From a virus (lineage: Duplodnaviria; Heunggongvirae; Uroviricota; Caudoviricetes): a stretch of DNA of 9,268 nt. Below the pieces are notes generated by a model. That model did not search any database. It had not been told where the DNA came from and saw only the letters and a program-made list of their open reading frames with translations. Each line of letters opens with the position of its first letter. Position 1 is the first letter of the stretch. The stretch lies in the IMG/VR virus record IMGVR_UViG_2740892422_000004, positions 1-9,268 of that record. The stretch is one strand, 5' to 3'. Made by a program: the position numbers and the translations under genes. Below, piece after piece: positions 1 to 7,254 of the stretch.

Positions 1-89
1 AACAGGAGGGACAGCTGATAGAAACAGAAGCCACTGGAGCACCTCAAAAACACCATCATACACTAAATCAGTAAGTTGGCAGCATCACC
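1..89 (-). mobile_element. IS1 left-end fragment (IRL plus start of insA), element body extends leftward beyond the window
   Basis: Positions 1-89 are the exact reverse complement of 9180-9268 and match, from memory, the IS1 left end GGTGATGCTGCCAACTTACTGAT... The outermost IS1 base is at 89. The insA start (GTG GCT TCT GTT TCT ATC AGC TGT CCC..., MASVSISCP) reads on the minus strand from position 38 leftward. Confidence 0.9.
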
Positions 90-91
90 GA

Positions 92-238
92 TTAAAAAGA
101 GAATATCACATTGCTGAGGCTCGTTACTGGCGTAAAGCGGGAGATAAATCAAAGAAACAACTTTGTTTATGGCAAGCACAAAGAGAGCGCATGAATGAGC
201 GCGAATTTCTTTCCACCCCATCCGAATTACCATTCTGA
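92..238 (+). pseudogene. 3' remnant of a prophage ORF truncated by the left IS1 copy
   Basis: An open frame runs out of the IS1 end without a stop and continues to TGA at 236-238 (...LKREYHIAEARYWRKAGDKSKKQLCLWQAQRERMNEREFLSTPSELPF*), ending 9 nt before the next gene's start. No start codon or ribosome-binding site lies inside the non-IS1 part. Confidence 0.3.
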
Positions 239-246
239 GGCAAATT

Positions 247-927
247 ATGGGAACTGCGACATTAATACTCGGTGAATCTGGCACCGGAAAATCAACCAGC
301 ATGAGAAATATCAATCCAGAGGAAGCAATACTTATAAAACCAATAGGCAAGCCGCTGCCATTTAAATCAAAAGACTGGTTTGCATGGGATACCAGAGCAA
401 AAAAAGGAACCGTAGTTACCACTGACAAATGGGACGTAATAGTTGCCGTAATTAAACGTGCTCACGAATACGGGAAAAGAATCGTTATTGTTGATGACTT
501 CCAGTATGTGATGAGCAATGAGTTTATGCGCCGCTCAGAAGAAAAATCGTTTGATAAGTTTACTGAGATAGGCCGCCACGCATGGGAGGTCATTAAGGCT
601 GCGCAGGATGCGCCTGATGACCTGAGAGTCTATTTTCTTGCGCACACCGAAGAAACTCCTATGGGGCGTGTGAAAATGAAGACTATCGGCAAAATGCTGG
701 ACGAGAAAATCACTGTCGAAGGCATGTTTACTATAGTTCTTCGCACCCTTACCCGTGATGACCAGTTCTTTTTCACCACAAAAAACAACGGTGCAGACAC
801 TGTTAAATCCCCAATGGGAATGTTTGATTCCAATGAGATTGATAACGATCTCTCTTTCGTCGATGCCACTGTTTGTGATTACTACGGCATCAATAATGTT
901 CATCAAATTAAGGAAAACGCCGCATGA
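247..927 (+). CDS. Sak4-like phage recombination ATPase (RecA-like core, AAA_24-type)
   Basis: 226 aa. Walker A GESGTGKST near the N-terminus, Walker B RIVIVDD around residue 80. Size and motif layout fit phage Sak4 single-strand annealing ATPases. Shine-Dalgarno-like tgagg 8 nt upstream of ATG 247. Sits where lambda carries exo/bet in the early-left operon. Confidence 0.75.
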   Translation: MGTATLILGESGTGKSTSMRNINPEEAILIKPIGKPLPFKSKDWFAWDTRAKKGTVVTTDKWDVIVAVIKRAHEYGKRIVIVDDFQYVMSNEFMRRSEEKSFDKFTEIGRHAWEVIKAAQDAPDDLRVYFLAHTEETPMGRVKMKTIGKMLDEKITVEGMFTIVLRTLTRDDQFFFTTKNNGADTVKSPMGMFDSNEIDNDLSFVDATVCDYYGINNVHQIKENAA

Positions 928-1511
928 GCAACGTAATTTTTACTTATAACGAAGAAGCAGCACTGACCGCAGGGCAAGGTGGTTTTATTAACGAAACTGG
1001 CGCTCATATCATTACCATTACTGAAGCAGAACTAAAGCAATCAGAAAAAGGCGCAAAATTTATTGGATTTTCTGGCGAATCCGACGACGGACGTAAAATC
1101 CAATATCTTAGCGTTTGTGTTCAGAAAAATGACGGCACGGAAAATAAATTTGGCGCAAATGTCGTTCACGCCATGATGGGGTGTGCCGGGATTGGACAAT
1201 TAACGCAACATATGGTTTCCACCAGTAAATTTGTTGCACCTGAATTTCATGGAAAGAAAATCGGGTTAGTGCTCCAGAAAGTATTAACCACAAACAAAAA
1301 GACTGGCGCAGACAGCTACCAGATGGAAATACGCATCCCGTTTATTGCACAAACAGGTCAAACCCTTAAAGAAAAGGCGGAAGGCAAGCAACCAGAAACT
1401 ATCGCCAACATGGTTGCCAGCCTCAAAGATAAAGACAATCGCTCTAAAAACGTAAGCCATAATCATGCAGATGATTATGGTTACAGCCAGAACGATTACC
1501 CTCCTTTCTGA
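924..1511 (+). CDS. Sak4-associated putative ssDNA-binding protein with SSB-like C-terminal tip
   Basis: 195 aa. Start ATG overlaps the upstream stop (ATGA), indicating translational coupling. The C-terminus ...HNHADDYGYSQNDYPPF resembles the acidic/aromatic SSB tail (canonical ...DDDIPF). The N-terminal part does not look like a canonical SSB OB-fold by eye, so the function is inferred mainly from context and the tail. Confidence 0.45.
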   Translation: MSNVIFTYNEEAALTAGQGGFINETGAHIITITEAELKQSEKGAKFIGFSGESDDGRKIQYLSVCVQKNDGTENKFGANVVHAMMGCAGIGQLTQHMVSTSKFVAPEFHGKKIGLVLQKVLTTNKKTGADSYQMEIRIPFIAQTGQTLKEKAEGKQPETIANMVASLKDKDNRSKNVSHNHADDYGYSQNDYPPF

Positions 1512-1534
1512 TTACTGAAAATAAGGCTCCCATT

Positions 1535-1831
1535 ATGCCAGCGCCTCTGTATGGTGCGGATGACCCGCGCAACTGCTCCGGTAGCTCCAAGGCGGAGGTG
1601 CTGGAAAATATCAAAAACAATTTCGACGCGTTTCTTGCTCTGACACCAGAAACAAAAGCAGAACGGATGTACCGACGCTATATACAACTCGCGCTAAAAC
1701 AGGAGAAGGACCGAACAAACGAAACAGCAATGAGACCGTTGCGAAAAGCGACAATAGACAAATTCCCTGAATATATCGACCCGCGCCTGCGTAATTACCG
1801 CTCACGCTATGGCGCTATCAGTAATGACTGA
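1535..1831 (+). CDS. hypothetical prophage early-left protein (98 aa)
   Basis: Long ORF in the same orientation as its neighbours, with a charged, non-repetitive composition. The ribosome-binding site is weak (aagg), so the start is uncertain. Confidence 0.45.
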   Translation: MPAPLYGADDPRNCSGSSKAEVLENIKNNFDAFLALTPETKAERMYRRYIQLALKQEKDRTNETAMRPLRKATIDKFPEYIDPRLRNYRSRYGAISND

Positions 1832-1841
1832 GGAATTTACC

Positions 1842-2006
1842 ATGAGAGGACTTGCCTACAATCCCGGCATTCTTCCGGCAGAAATGATTATTCGCCAACG
1901 CGTAAAGCCAATGCCATCGAGAGAGGAATTGCTTAAGAGAAATTCTTTTCCATCAGTGAATCAAAACAAATATCTGAATGCGATGTTGCGGAGTGGGAAG
2001 AAATGA
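1842..2006 (+). CDS. hypothetical small prophage protein (54 aa from ATG 1842; the track ORF starts at 1809)
   Basis: gagg lies 7-8 nt upstream of ATG 1842. Its stop overlaps the next gene's start (ATGA at 2003-2006). Confidence 0.4.
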   Translation: MRGLAYNPGILPAEMIIRQRVKPMPSREELLKRNSFPSVNQNKYLNAMLRSGKK

Positions 2007-2479
2007 AACAAATGTCACTAATTGAGATGGATGGATTCCTGAAAGGTAAATGCATCCCCCGAGATTTAAAGGTTAACGAAACAAACGCTGAATACCTTGT
2101 CCGTAAGTTCGGTGAACTTGAATCAAAACTGGAAACGGCGTTGCGGGAGTGTCGTTCTGCTGGAATCACGATTGATAACCTTGAGGCTAAATGCGCGAAG
2201 ATGGCTGCTGAAAATACCTCACTTAAGCAATCTGAGAAGGAATTTAATGACTTTTGTCGTGAGGAGTTTAGCGAATGGGAAGATGATGTTACTGAAACCC
2301 CAGCTACCGATGCTTTTCTGGCTGAAATTCGTGCGCAGGGCGTGGATATGGCTCGTAACGCGATGATTGATTTTGTTGATGGTGAAGTTGGGCCAAACAA
2401 GAACGTTCCGGGGCTGATTAGAGGCGCAGAGATATGCGTAAGTATTGCTGAACAGCTTCGCAAAGGAGGCAACCAGTGA
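2003..2479 (+). CDS. hypothetical coiled-coil phage protein (158 aa), possibly Ead/Ea22-like
   Basis: Translationally coupled on both sides (ATGA upstream, GTGA downstream). Acidic, helix-rich composition ([10 protein letters not shown]..., [18 protein letters not shown]). Confidence 0.5.
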   Translation: MKQMSLIEMDGFLKGKCIPRDLKVNETNAEYLVRKFGELESKLETALRECRSAGITIDNLEAKCAKMAAENTSLKQSEKEFNDFCREEFSEWEDDVTETPATDAFLAEIRAQGVDMARNAMIDFVDGEVGPNKNVPGLIRGAEICVSIAEQLRKGGNQ

Positions 2480-2919
2480 GCAAGATTGATTATCAAAAGC
2501 TTCGTGAAATCGCTGAAAAAACAAAAATTGCTGGTGAAGCACCTGTAATGCCTTTCGATCAGCGAATTAATGCGCTTAACGATTTTATGAAGCATTTTTC
2601 GCCAGATATCGCGCTGGCATTGTTGGATGAACGGGAAAGAAACCTGCAATACATCAAAAGCCGCGATCAGGAGAACGAGGATATTGCGCTAACGGTAGGG
2701 AAGTGGCGCGTTGAGCTTGAGGCAGAAAAACAGCGGGCAAAGGATCTGTTTATGGAAAATGCTCGGCTTAAGTCAGGCATAGCCGGTCTGATACACCTCG
2801 GTATTCGATATGCAGATGTTGAGGTCATGAGAATTGCTGGAGATGCCCAGCTTTCTACCCCATGCACTGACAGCATCATAAACAGCATTGCAACAGGCAT
2901 TCGCATCAAAGGAGAGTGA
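2476..2919 (+). CDS. Ea22-like protein (147 aa)
   Basis: GTG start at 2476 preceded by aaaggagg. Segments LREIAEK..., ALALLDERERNLQYIKSRDQENEDIALTVGK.RVELE and the C-terminal GIRIKGE match my recollection of lambda Ea22 and the Ead/Ea22-like prophage family. It is shorter than lambda Ea22 (182 aa, from memory). Confidence 0.6.
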   Translation: MSKIDYQKLREIAEKTKIAGEAPVMPFDQRINALNDFMKHFSPDIALALLDERERNLQYIKSRDQENEDIALTVGKWRVELEAEKQRAKDLFMENARLKSGIAGLIHLGIRYADVEVMRIAGDAQLSTPCTDSIINSIATGIRIKGE

Positions 2920-2920
2920 T

Positions 2921-3409
2921 ATGAGCGCTATAACCAAAGAACGTATCAAATTATTCATTAAAAATCCGCTTGATAACGGACTTACTCGTGGCGAACAAAT
3001 GGAACTGGCACGAATTGCACTGGCATCGCTGGAAGCAGAGCCGGTGGCGTGGAAGGTAACATTCACGCAAATTGACCGTGAATATAACACGTTCACTGCT
3101 ATGTATTCTGACAAAGCAGAAGTCGAACGGTGGGTGCGACTGCATGAAGTAGGTGACTTTCGGGCAGATATAACACCGCTTTATACCGCCCAGCCAGCGC
3201 CGGTAATTCCGGATGGTTGGATAAGCTGTAGTGAGCGAATGCCCGCTCAAGATGATTGGATTTTAATTTATTCAAAGCACGGTGAGTATATGGCAGGACA
3301 GGTGCAAGGGGAATACGTGGAGTTGAGCGATGGCACTTTATCGTGGTTAGGGAGCGCCTTGTTCTGGATGCCGCTACCAGAACCGCCGCAGGAGGTTAAC
3401 CGTGGCTAA
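2921..3409 (+). CDS. DUF551-like prophage protein (162 aa from ATG 2921; the track ORF starts in frame at 2888)
   Basis: Strong ribosome-binding site aaaggagag ends 4 nt before ATG 2921, and the upstream gene's stop is at 2917-2919. The C-terminal region DGWISCSERMPAQDDWILIY...WMPLPEPP matches the DUF551 signature as I remember it. Confidence 0.55.
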   Translation: MSAITKERIKLFIKNPLDNGLTRGEQMELARIALASLEAEPVAWKVTFTQIDREYNTFTAMYSDKAEVERWVRLHEVGDFRADITPLYTAQPAPVIPDGWISCSERMPAQDDWILIYSKHGEYMAGQVQGEYVELSDGTLSWLGSALFWMPLPEPPQEVNRG

Positions 3410-3508
3410 CCTGCAACTTGCCGTCAAAGGTGAATAACAATCCTCGCACTCGCGGGGATTTCTTTTATCTGAACTCTCTACGGCGGTTTTTGTTTTATGG
3501 AGATGATT

Positions 3509-3808
3509 ATGATCTGTTCAACATTCAACCATCTAACGTTACAGAAATACCAGCCGGACCCTGAAGATTTATGCTCACTGTGTGGAGTAAATCATGGTAA
3601 AGCCGCCATGATCGAATGTAAGGACAAAATCCACATTTGCCTTAATTGCGTTGATGTCCTCGTTGATATCAAAAATGAGAGAGAAGATAAAAAGCGTAGC
3701 GAGGCTGTTCGCGCCTTAGATTCATGGATGCGAGATGGGTATAGTGCTGCGCAAATTTATGACTTAGCAATATCAAAAGGCGAAATACCAGGAGTGCGCA
3801 TCGAATAA
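3509..3808 (+). CDS. small zinc-ribbon-like protein (CxxC...CxxC), possible regulator (99 aa from ATG 3509)
   Basis: ggag at 3499-3502 lies 6 nt upstream of ATG 3509. Two CxxC pairs (CSLCG ... CLNC) about 25 residues apart; the C-terminal SAAQIYDLAISKGEIPGVRIE looks helix-turn-helix-like. In-frame ATGs at 3497 and 3503 are alternative starts. Confidence 0.5.
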   Translation: MICSTFNHLTLQKYQPDPEDLCSLCGVNHGKAAMIECKDKIHICLNCVDVLVDIKNEREDKKRSEAVRALDSWMRDGYSAAQIYDLAISKGEIPGVRIE

Positions 3809-3850
3809 GACGTAACCAATATTCGAATTGAAGAACTGAAAGAACACCAA

Positions 3851-3872
3851 GCCGCCTGATGGCGGTTTTTTA
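3851..3872 (+). terminator. intrinsic terminator-like hairpin
   Basis: gccgcc-tgat-ggcgg stem-loop (5-6 bp GC stem, 4-nt loop) followed by ttttttatt, 43 nt after the stop of the zinc-ribbon gene and directly before the ribosome-binding site of the next gene. Confidence 0.55.
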
Positions 3873-3885
3873 TTGGAGACAAGAA

Positions 3886-4230
3886 ATGTCAGATTTGGCT
3901 ATGAAGGTTTTGAAATGGCAATCGACTGGCGATGTTGGCATCAGTAGCGCAACTCTTGCCTCAATCGCATGTGGACTGAAAAAGAATATCTATGGTCATC
4001 ACTTCGGCGCTCCACATGACGCAGCAGACTTCCGGCGATGCGTTGCACTTGTTGAGCAGATTCCAGAAATCAGAGCTTCATTCGACAAAGTTGCAAAGCG
4101 CGTTCCTGCATTCAAAGGAATCCTCAACGAATGGGATTCCCTCGTTGCTCTGTTGAAGTCTGAAATGAAGATACACGGAAACAAAGCACCAGAGACTTAC
4201 AGAAGAATCAGCGAGCTACGCAAGGACTAA
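3886..4230 (+). CDS. hypothetical prophage protein (114 aa from ATG 3886; the track ORF starts at 3859 inside the hairpin)
   Basis: ggag at 3875-3878 lies 7 nt upstream of ATG 3886. Begins MSDLAMKVLKWQSTGDV...; no motif I recognise. Confidence 0.5.
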   Translation: MSDLAMKVLKWQSTGDVGISSATLASIACGLKKNIYGHHFGAPHDAADFRRCVALVEQIPEIRASFDKVAKRVPAFKGILNEWDSLVALLKSEMKIHGNKAPETYRRISELRKD

Positions 4231-4289
4231 CCACAGCCTCACACTCGATGAGGCCTGTTCATTTCTCAATGATATCCAGACCTACCATC

Positions 4290-4312
4290 GCCGCATCAAT
4301 GCGGCTTTTCTT
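4290..4312 (+). terminator. intrinsic terminator-like hairpin upstream of xis
   Basis: gccgc-atcaat-gcggc stem-loop followed by ttttctt. A second hairpin, gcctca-cactcga-tgaggc at 4236-4254, follows the upstream stop codon. Confidence 0.45.
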
Positions 4313-4336
4313 GCGTGTAATTGCGGAGACTTTGCG

Positions 4337-4555
4337 ATGTACTTGACACTTCAGGAGTGGAACGCTCGCCAGCGACGCCCAAGAAGCCTTGAAACAGTTC
4401 GTCGATGGGTGCGCGAATGCAGGATATTCCCTCCTCCTGTTAAGGATGGAAGAGAATATCTGTTCCACGAATCAGCGGTAAAGGTTGACTTAAATCGACC
4501 AGTAACAGGTAGCCTTTTGAAGAGGATCAGAAATGGGAAGAAGGCGAAGTCATGA
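4337..4555 (+). CDS. xis: excisionase Xis (lambda-type)
   Basis: 72 aa, MYLTLQEWNARQRRPRSLETVRRWVRECRIFPPPVKDGREYLFHESAVKVDLNRPV..., essentially the lambda Xis sequence as I recall it. Its 3' end overlaps the int start, as in lambda. Confidence 0.93.
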   Translation: MYLTLQEWNARQRRPRSLETVRRWVRECRIFPPPVKDGREYLFHESAVKVDLNRPVTGSLLKRIRNGKKAKS

Positions 4556-5603
4556 GCGCCGGGATTTACCCCCTAACCTTTATATAAGAAACAATGGATA
4601 TTACTGCTACAGGGACCCAAGGACGGGTAAAGAGTTCGGATTAGGCAGAGACAGGAGGATAGCAATCACTGAAGCAATACATGCCAACATTGAGTTATTT
4701 TCAGGACACAAACACAAGCCTCTGACAGCGAGAATCAACAGTGATAATTCTGTTACGTTACATTCATGGCTTGATCGCTACGAAAAAATCCTCGCCAGCA
4801 GAGGAATCAAGCAGAAGACACTCATAAATTACATGAGCAAAATTAAAGCAATAAGGAGGGGGCTGCCTGATGCTCCACTTGAAGACATCACCACAAAAGA
4901 AATTGCGGCAATGCTCAATGGATACATAGACGAGGGCAAGGCTGCGTCAGCCAAGTTAATCAGATCAACACTGAGCGATGCATTCCGAGAGGCTATAGCT
5001 GAAGGCCATATAACAACAAACCCGGTCGCAGCCACTCGCGCAGCAAAATCAGAGGTAAGGAGATCAAGACTTACGGCTGACGAATACCTGAAAATTTATC
5101 AAGCAGCAGAATCATCACCATGTTGGCTAAGACTTGCAATGGAACTGGCTGTTGTTACCGGGCAGCGAGTTGGGGATTTATGCGAAATGAAATGGTCTGA
5201 TATCGTAGATGGATATCTTTATGTCGAGCAAAGCAAAACAGGCGTAAAAATTGCCATCCCTACAACGTTGCATGTTGATGTTCTCGGAATATCAATGAAG
5301 GAAACACTTGATAAATGCAAAGAGATTCTTGGCGGAGAAACCATAATTGCATCTACTCGTCGCGAACCGCTTTCATCCGGCACAGTATCAAGGTATTTTA
5401 TGCGCGCACGAAAAGCATCAGGTCTTTCCTTCGAAGGGGATCCGCCTACCTTTCACGAGTTGCGCAGTTTGTCTGCAAGACTCTATGAGAAGCAGATAAG
5501 CGATAAGTTTGCTCAACATCTTCTCGGGCATAAGTCGGACACCATGGCATCACAGTATCGTGATGACAGAGGCAGGGAGTGGGACAAAATTGAAATCAAA
5601 TAA
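4533..5603 (+). CDS. int: tyrosine integrase Int (lambda-type)
   Basis: 356 aa, MGRRRSHERRDLPPNLYIRNNGYYCYRDPRTGKEFGLGRDRRIAITEA...HELRSLSARLYEKQISDKFAQHLLGHKSDTMASQYRDDRGREWDKIEIK, near-identical to lambda Int from memory with a few substitutions. Lies adjacent to the att site. Confidence 0.96.
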   Translation: MGRRRSHERRDLPPNLYIRNNGYYCYRDPRTGKEFGLGRDRRIAITEAIHANIELFSGHKHKPLTARINSDNSVTLHSWLDRYEKILASRGIKQKTLINYMSKIKAIRRGLPDAPLEDITTKEIAAMLNGYIDEGKAASAKLIRSTLSDAFREAIAEGHITTNPVAATRAAKSEVRRSRLTADEYLKIYQAAESSPCWLRLAMELAVVTGQRVGDLCEMKWSDIVDGYLYVEQSKTGVKIAIPTTLHVDVLGISMKETLDKCKEILGGETIIASTRREPLSSGTVSRYFMRARKASGLSFEGDPPTFHELRSLSARLYEKQISDKFAQHLLGHKSDTMASQYRDDRGREWDKIEIK

Positions 5604-5700
5604 TGATTTTATTTTGACTGATAGTGACCTGTTCGTTGCAACAAATTGATAAGCAATGCTTTTTTATAATGCCAACTTAGTATAAAAAAGCAGGCTTCAA
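5604..5700 (-). other. prophage attachment junction attL (B-O-P'), lambda att core on the minus strand
   Basis: 5604-5676 matches the lambda P' arm (ttgataagcaatgcttttttataatgccaactt, read on the opposite strand). The core TTAGTATAAAAAAGC at 5677-5691 is the reverse complement of GCTTTTTTATACTAA. The sequence after the core (aggcttca...) matches the attB bacterial arm, not attP. Confidence 0.9.
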
Positions 5701-5737
5701 CGGATTCATTTTTCTATTTCATAGCCCGGAGCAACCT

Positions 5738-7021
5738 GTGAACACATTTTCAGTTTCCCGTCTGGCGCTGGCATTGGCTTTTGGCGTGACGCTGACCGCC
5801 TGTAGCTCAACCCCGCCCGATCAACGTCCTTCTGATCAAACCGCGCCTGGTACCTCTTCTCGCCCGATTCTGTCGGCAAAAGAAGCGCAGAATTTCGATG
5901 CTCAACACTATTTTGCATCCCTGACACCAGGTGCTGCAGCGTGGAATCCTTCCCCGATTACCCTGCCTGCGCAACCTGACTTTGTTGTCGGCCCGGCGGG
6001 CACTCAAGGTGTAACGCATACCACGATTCAGGCGGCGGTAGATGCGGCAATTATCAAGCGTACCAACAAGCGCCAGTATATTGCCGTGATGCCTGGTGAG
6101 TATCAGGGAACGGTATATGTCCCTGCCGCTCCGGGTGGAATTACTCTGTACGGTACAGGTGAAAAACCGATTGATGTGAAGATTGGGCTTTCCCTTGATG
6201 GTGGCATGAGCCCTGCCGACTGGCGTCACGACGTCAACCCGCGCGGCAAATATATGCCAGGTAAACCAGCGTGGTATATGTACGATAGCTGCCAGAGCAA
6301 ACGCAGCGACAGTATCGGTGTTCTCTGCTCTGCGGTCTTCTGGTCACAAAACAATGGCCTGCAACTGCAAAATCTGACCATCGAAAACACGCTGGGCGAT
6401 AGCGTAGATGCAGGTAACCATCCGGCGGTGGCACTGCGTACTGATGGTGACCAGGTACAGATTAACAACGTTAACATTCTCGGTCGTCAGAACACCTTCT
6501 TTGTCACCAACAGCGGTGTGCAGAACCGTCTGGAAACGAATCGTCAGCCGCGTACGCTGGTGACCAACAGCTACATTGAAGGGGATGTGGATATCGTTTC
6601 TGGTCGCGGCGCAGTGGTGTTCGATAACACCGAATTCCGCGTGGTGAACTCACGTACTCAGCAAGAAGCGTATGTGTTTGCACCGGCTACGCTGTCCAAC
6701 ATTTACTACGGTTTCCTCGCCGTAAACAGCCGTTTCAATGCTTTCGGTGATGGTGTGGCGCAACTGGGCCGCTCGCTGGATGTTGATGCCAATACCAACG
6801 GTCAGGTGGTGATCCGTGATAGCGCCATCAACGAAGGTTTTAACACGGCTAAACCGTGGGCCGATGCGGTGATCTCTAATCGTCCGTTTGCGGGTAATAC
6901 CGGCAGCGTAGATGATAACGACGAAATACAGCGCAATCTGAATGACACTAACTACAACCGCATGTGGGAATACAATAACCGCGGCGTGGGTAGTAAAGTG
7001 GTTGCAGAGGCGAAGAAGTAA
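5738..7021 (+). CDS. ybhC: YbhC lipoprotein (pectinesterase-fold putative acyl-CoA thioesterase)
   Basis: 427 aa with GTG start. Signal peptide plus lipobox MNTFSVSRLALALAFGVTLTAC. Matches the E. coli gene flanking the lambda attB site as I recall it. ggag lies 8 nt upstream of the start. Confidence 0.88.
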   Translation: MNTFSVSRLALALAFGVTLTACSSTPPDQRPSDQTAPGTSSRPILSAKEAQNFDAQHYFASLTPGAAAWNPSPITLPAQPDFVVGPAGTQGVTHTTIQAAVDAAIIKRTNKRQYIAVMPGEYQGTVYVPAAPGGITLYGTGEKPIDVKIGLSLDGGMSPADWRHDVNPRGKYMPGKPAWYMYDSCQSKRSDSIGVLCSAVFWSQNNGLQLQNLTIENTLGDSVDAGNHPAVALRTDGDQVQINNVNILGRQNTFFVTNSGVQNRLETNRQPRTLVTNSYIEGDVDIVSGRGAVVFDNTEFRVVNSRTQQEAYVFAPATLSNIYYGFLAVNSRFNAFGDGVAQLGRSLDVDANTNGQVVIRDSAINEGFNTAKPWADAVISNRPFAGNTGSVDDNDEIQRNLNDTNYNRMWEYNNRGVGSKVVAEAKK

Positions 7022-7029
7022 GAGCAATT

Positions 7030-7245
<216 letters not shown>

Positions 7246-7254
7246 TGGCGCTTT

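Noticed and set aside
63-428. 121-aa minus-strand ORF
   Set aside because: It spans the IS1 end, the truncated upstream gene remnant and the 5' end of the Sak4-like gene in antisense. No ribosome-binding site; almost certainly a frame artefact.
247-927. Walker A/B ATPase as a possible defence or abortive-infection ATPase
   Set aside because: Its size, its position at the recombination slot of the early-left operon, and its coupling to an SSB-tailed partner fit a Sak4-type annealase better. No associated nuclease or effector is present.
535-949. Short ORFs overlapping the Sak4-like gene (535-906 -, 630-869 -, 755-949 +)
   Set aside because: Alternative frames or antisense of a well-supported Walker A/B gene; no independent support.
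1933-2649. 238-aa minus-strand ORF
   Set aside because: Antisense to three tightly coupled + strand genes, with a Ser/Phe/Leu-rich low-complexity translation typical of an antisense frame.
3859-3885. ATG at 3859 as the start of the 114-aa gene (track ORF)
   Set aside because: This ATG lies inside the terminator-like hairpin and has no ribosome-binding site. ATG 3886 has ggag 7 nt upstream.
5706-6477. Minus-strand ORFs antisense to ybhC (5706-5927, 5807-6229, 6226-6477, 6234-6434)
   Set aside because: Arg/Cys-rich antisense frames inside a gene that is well supported by its lipoprotein signal and length.
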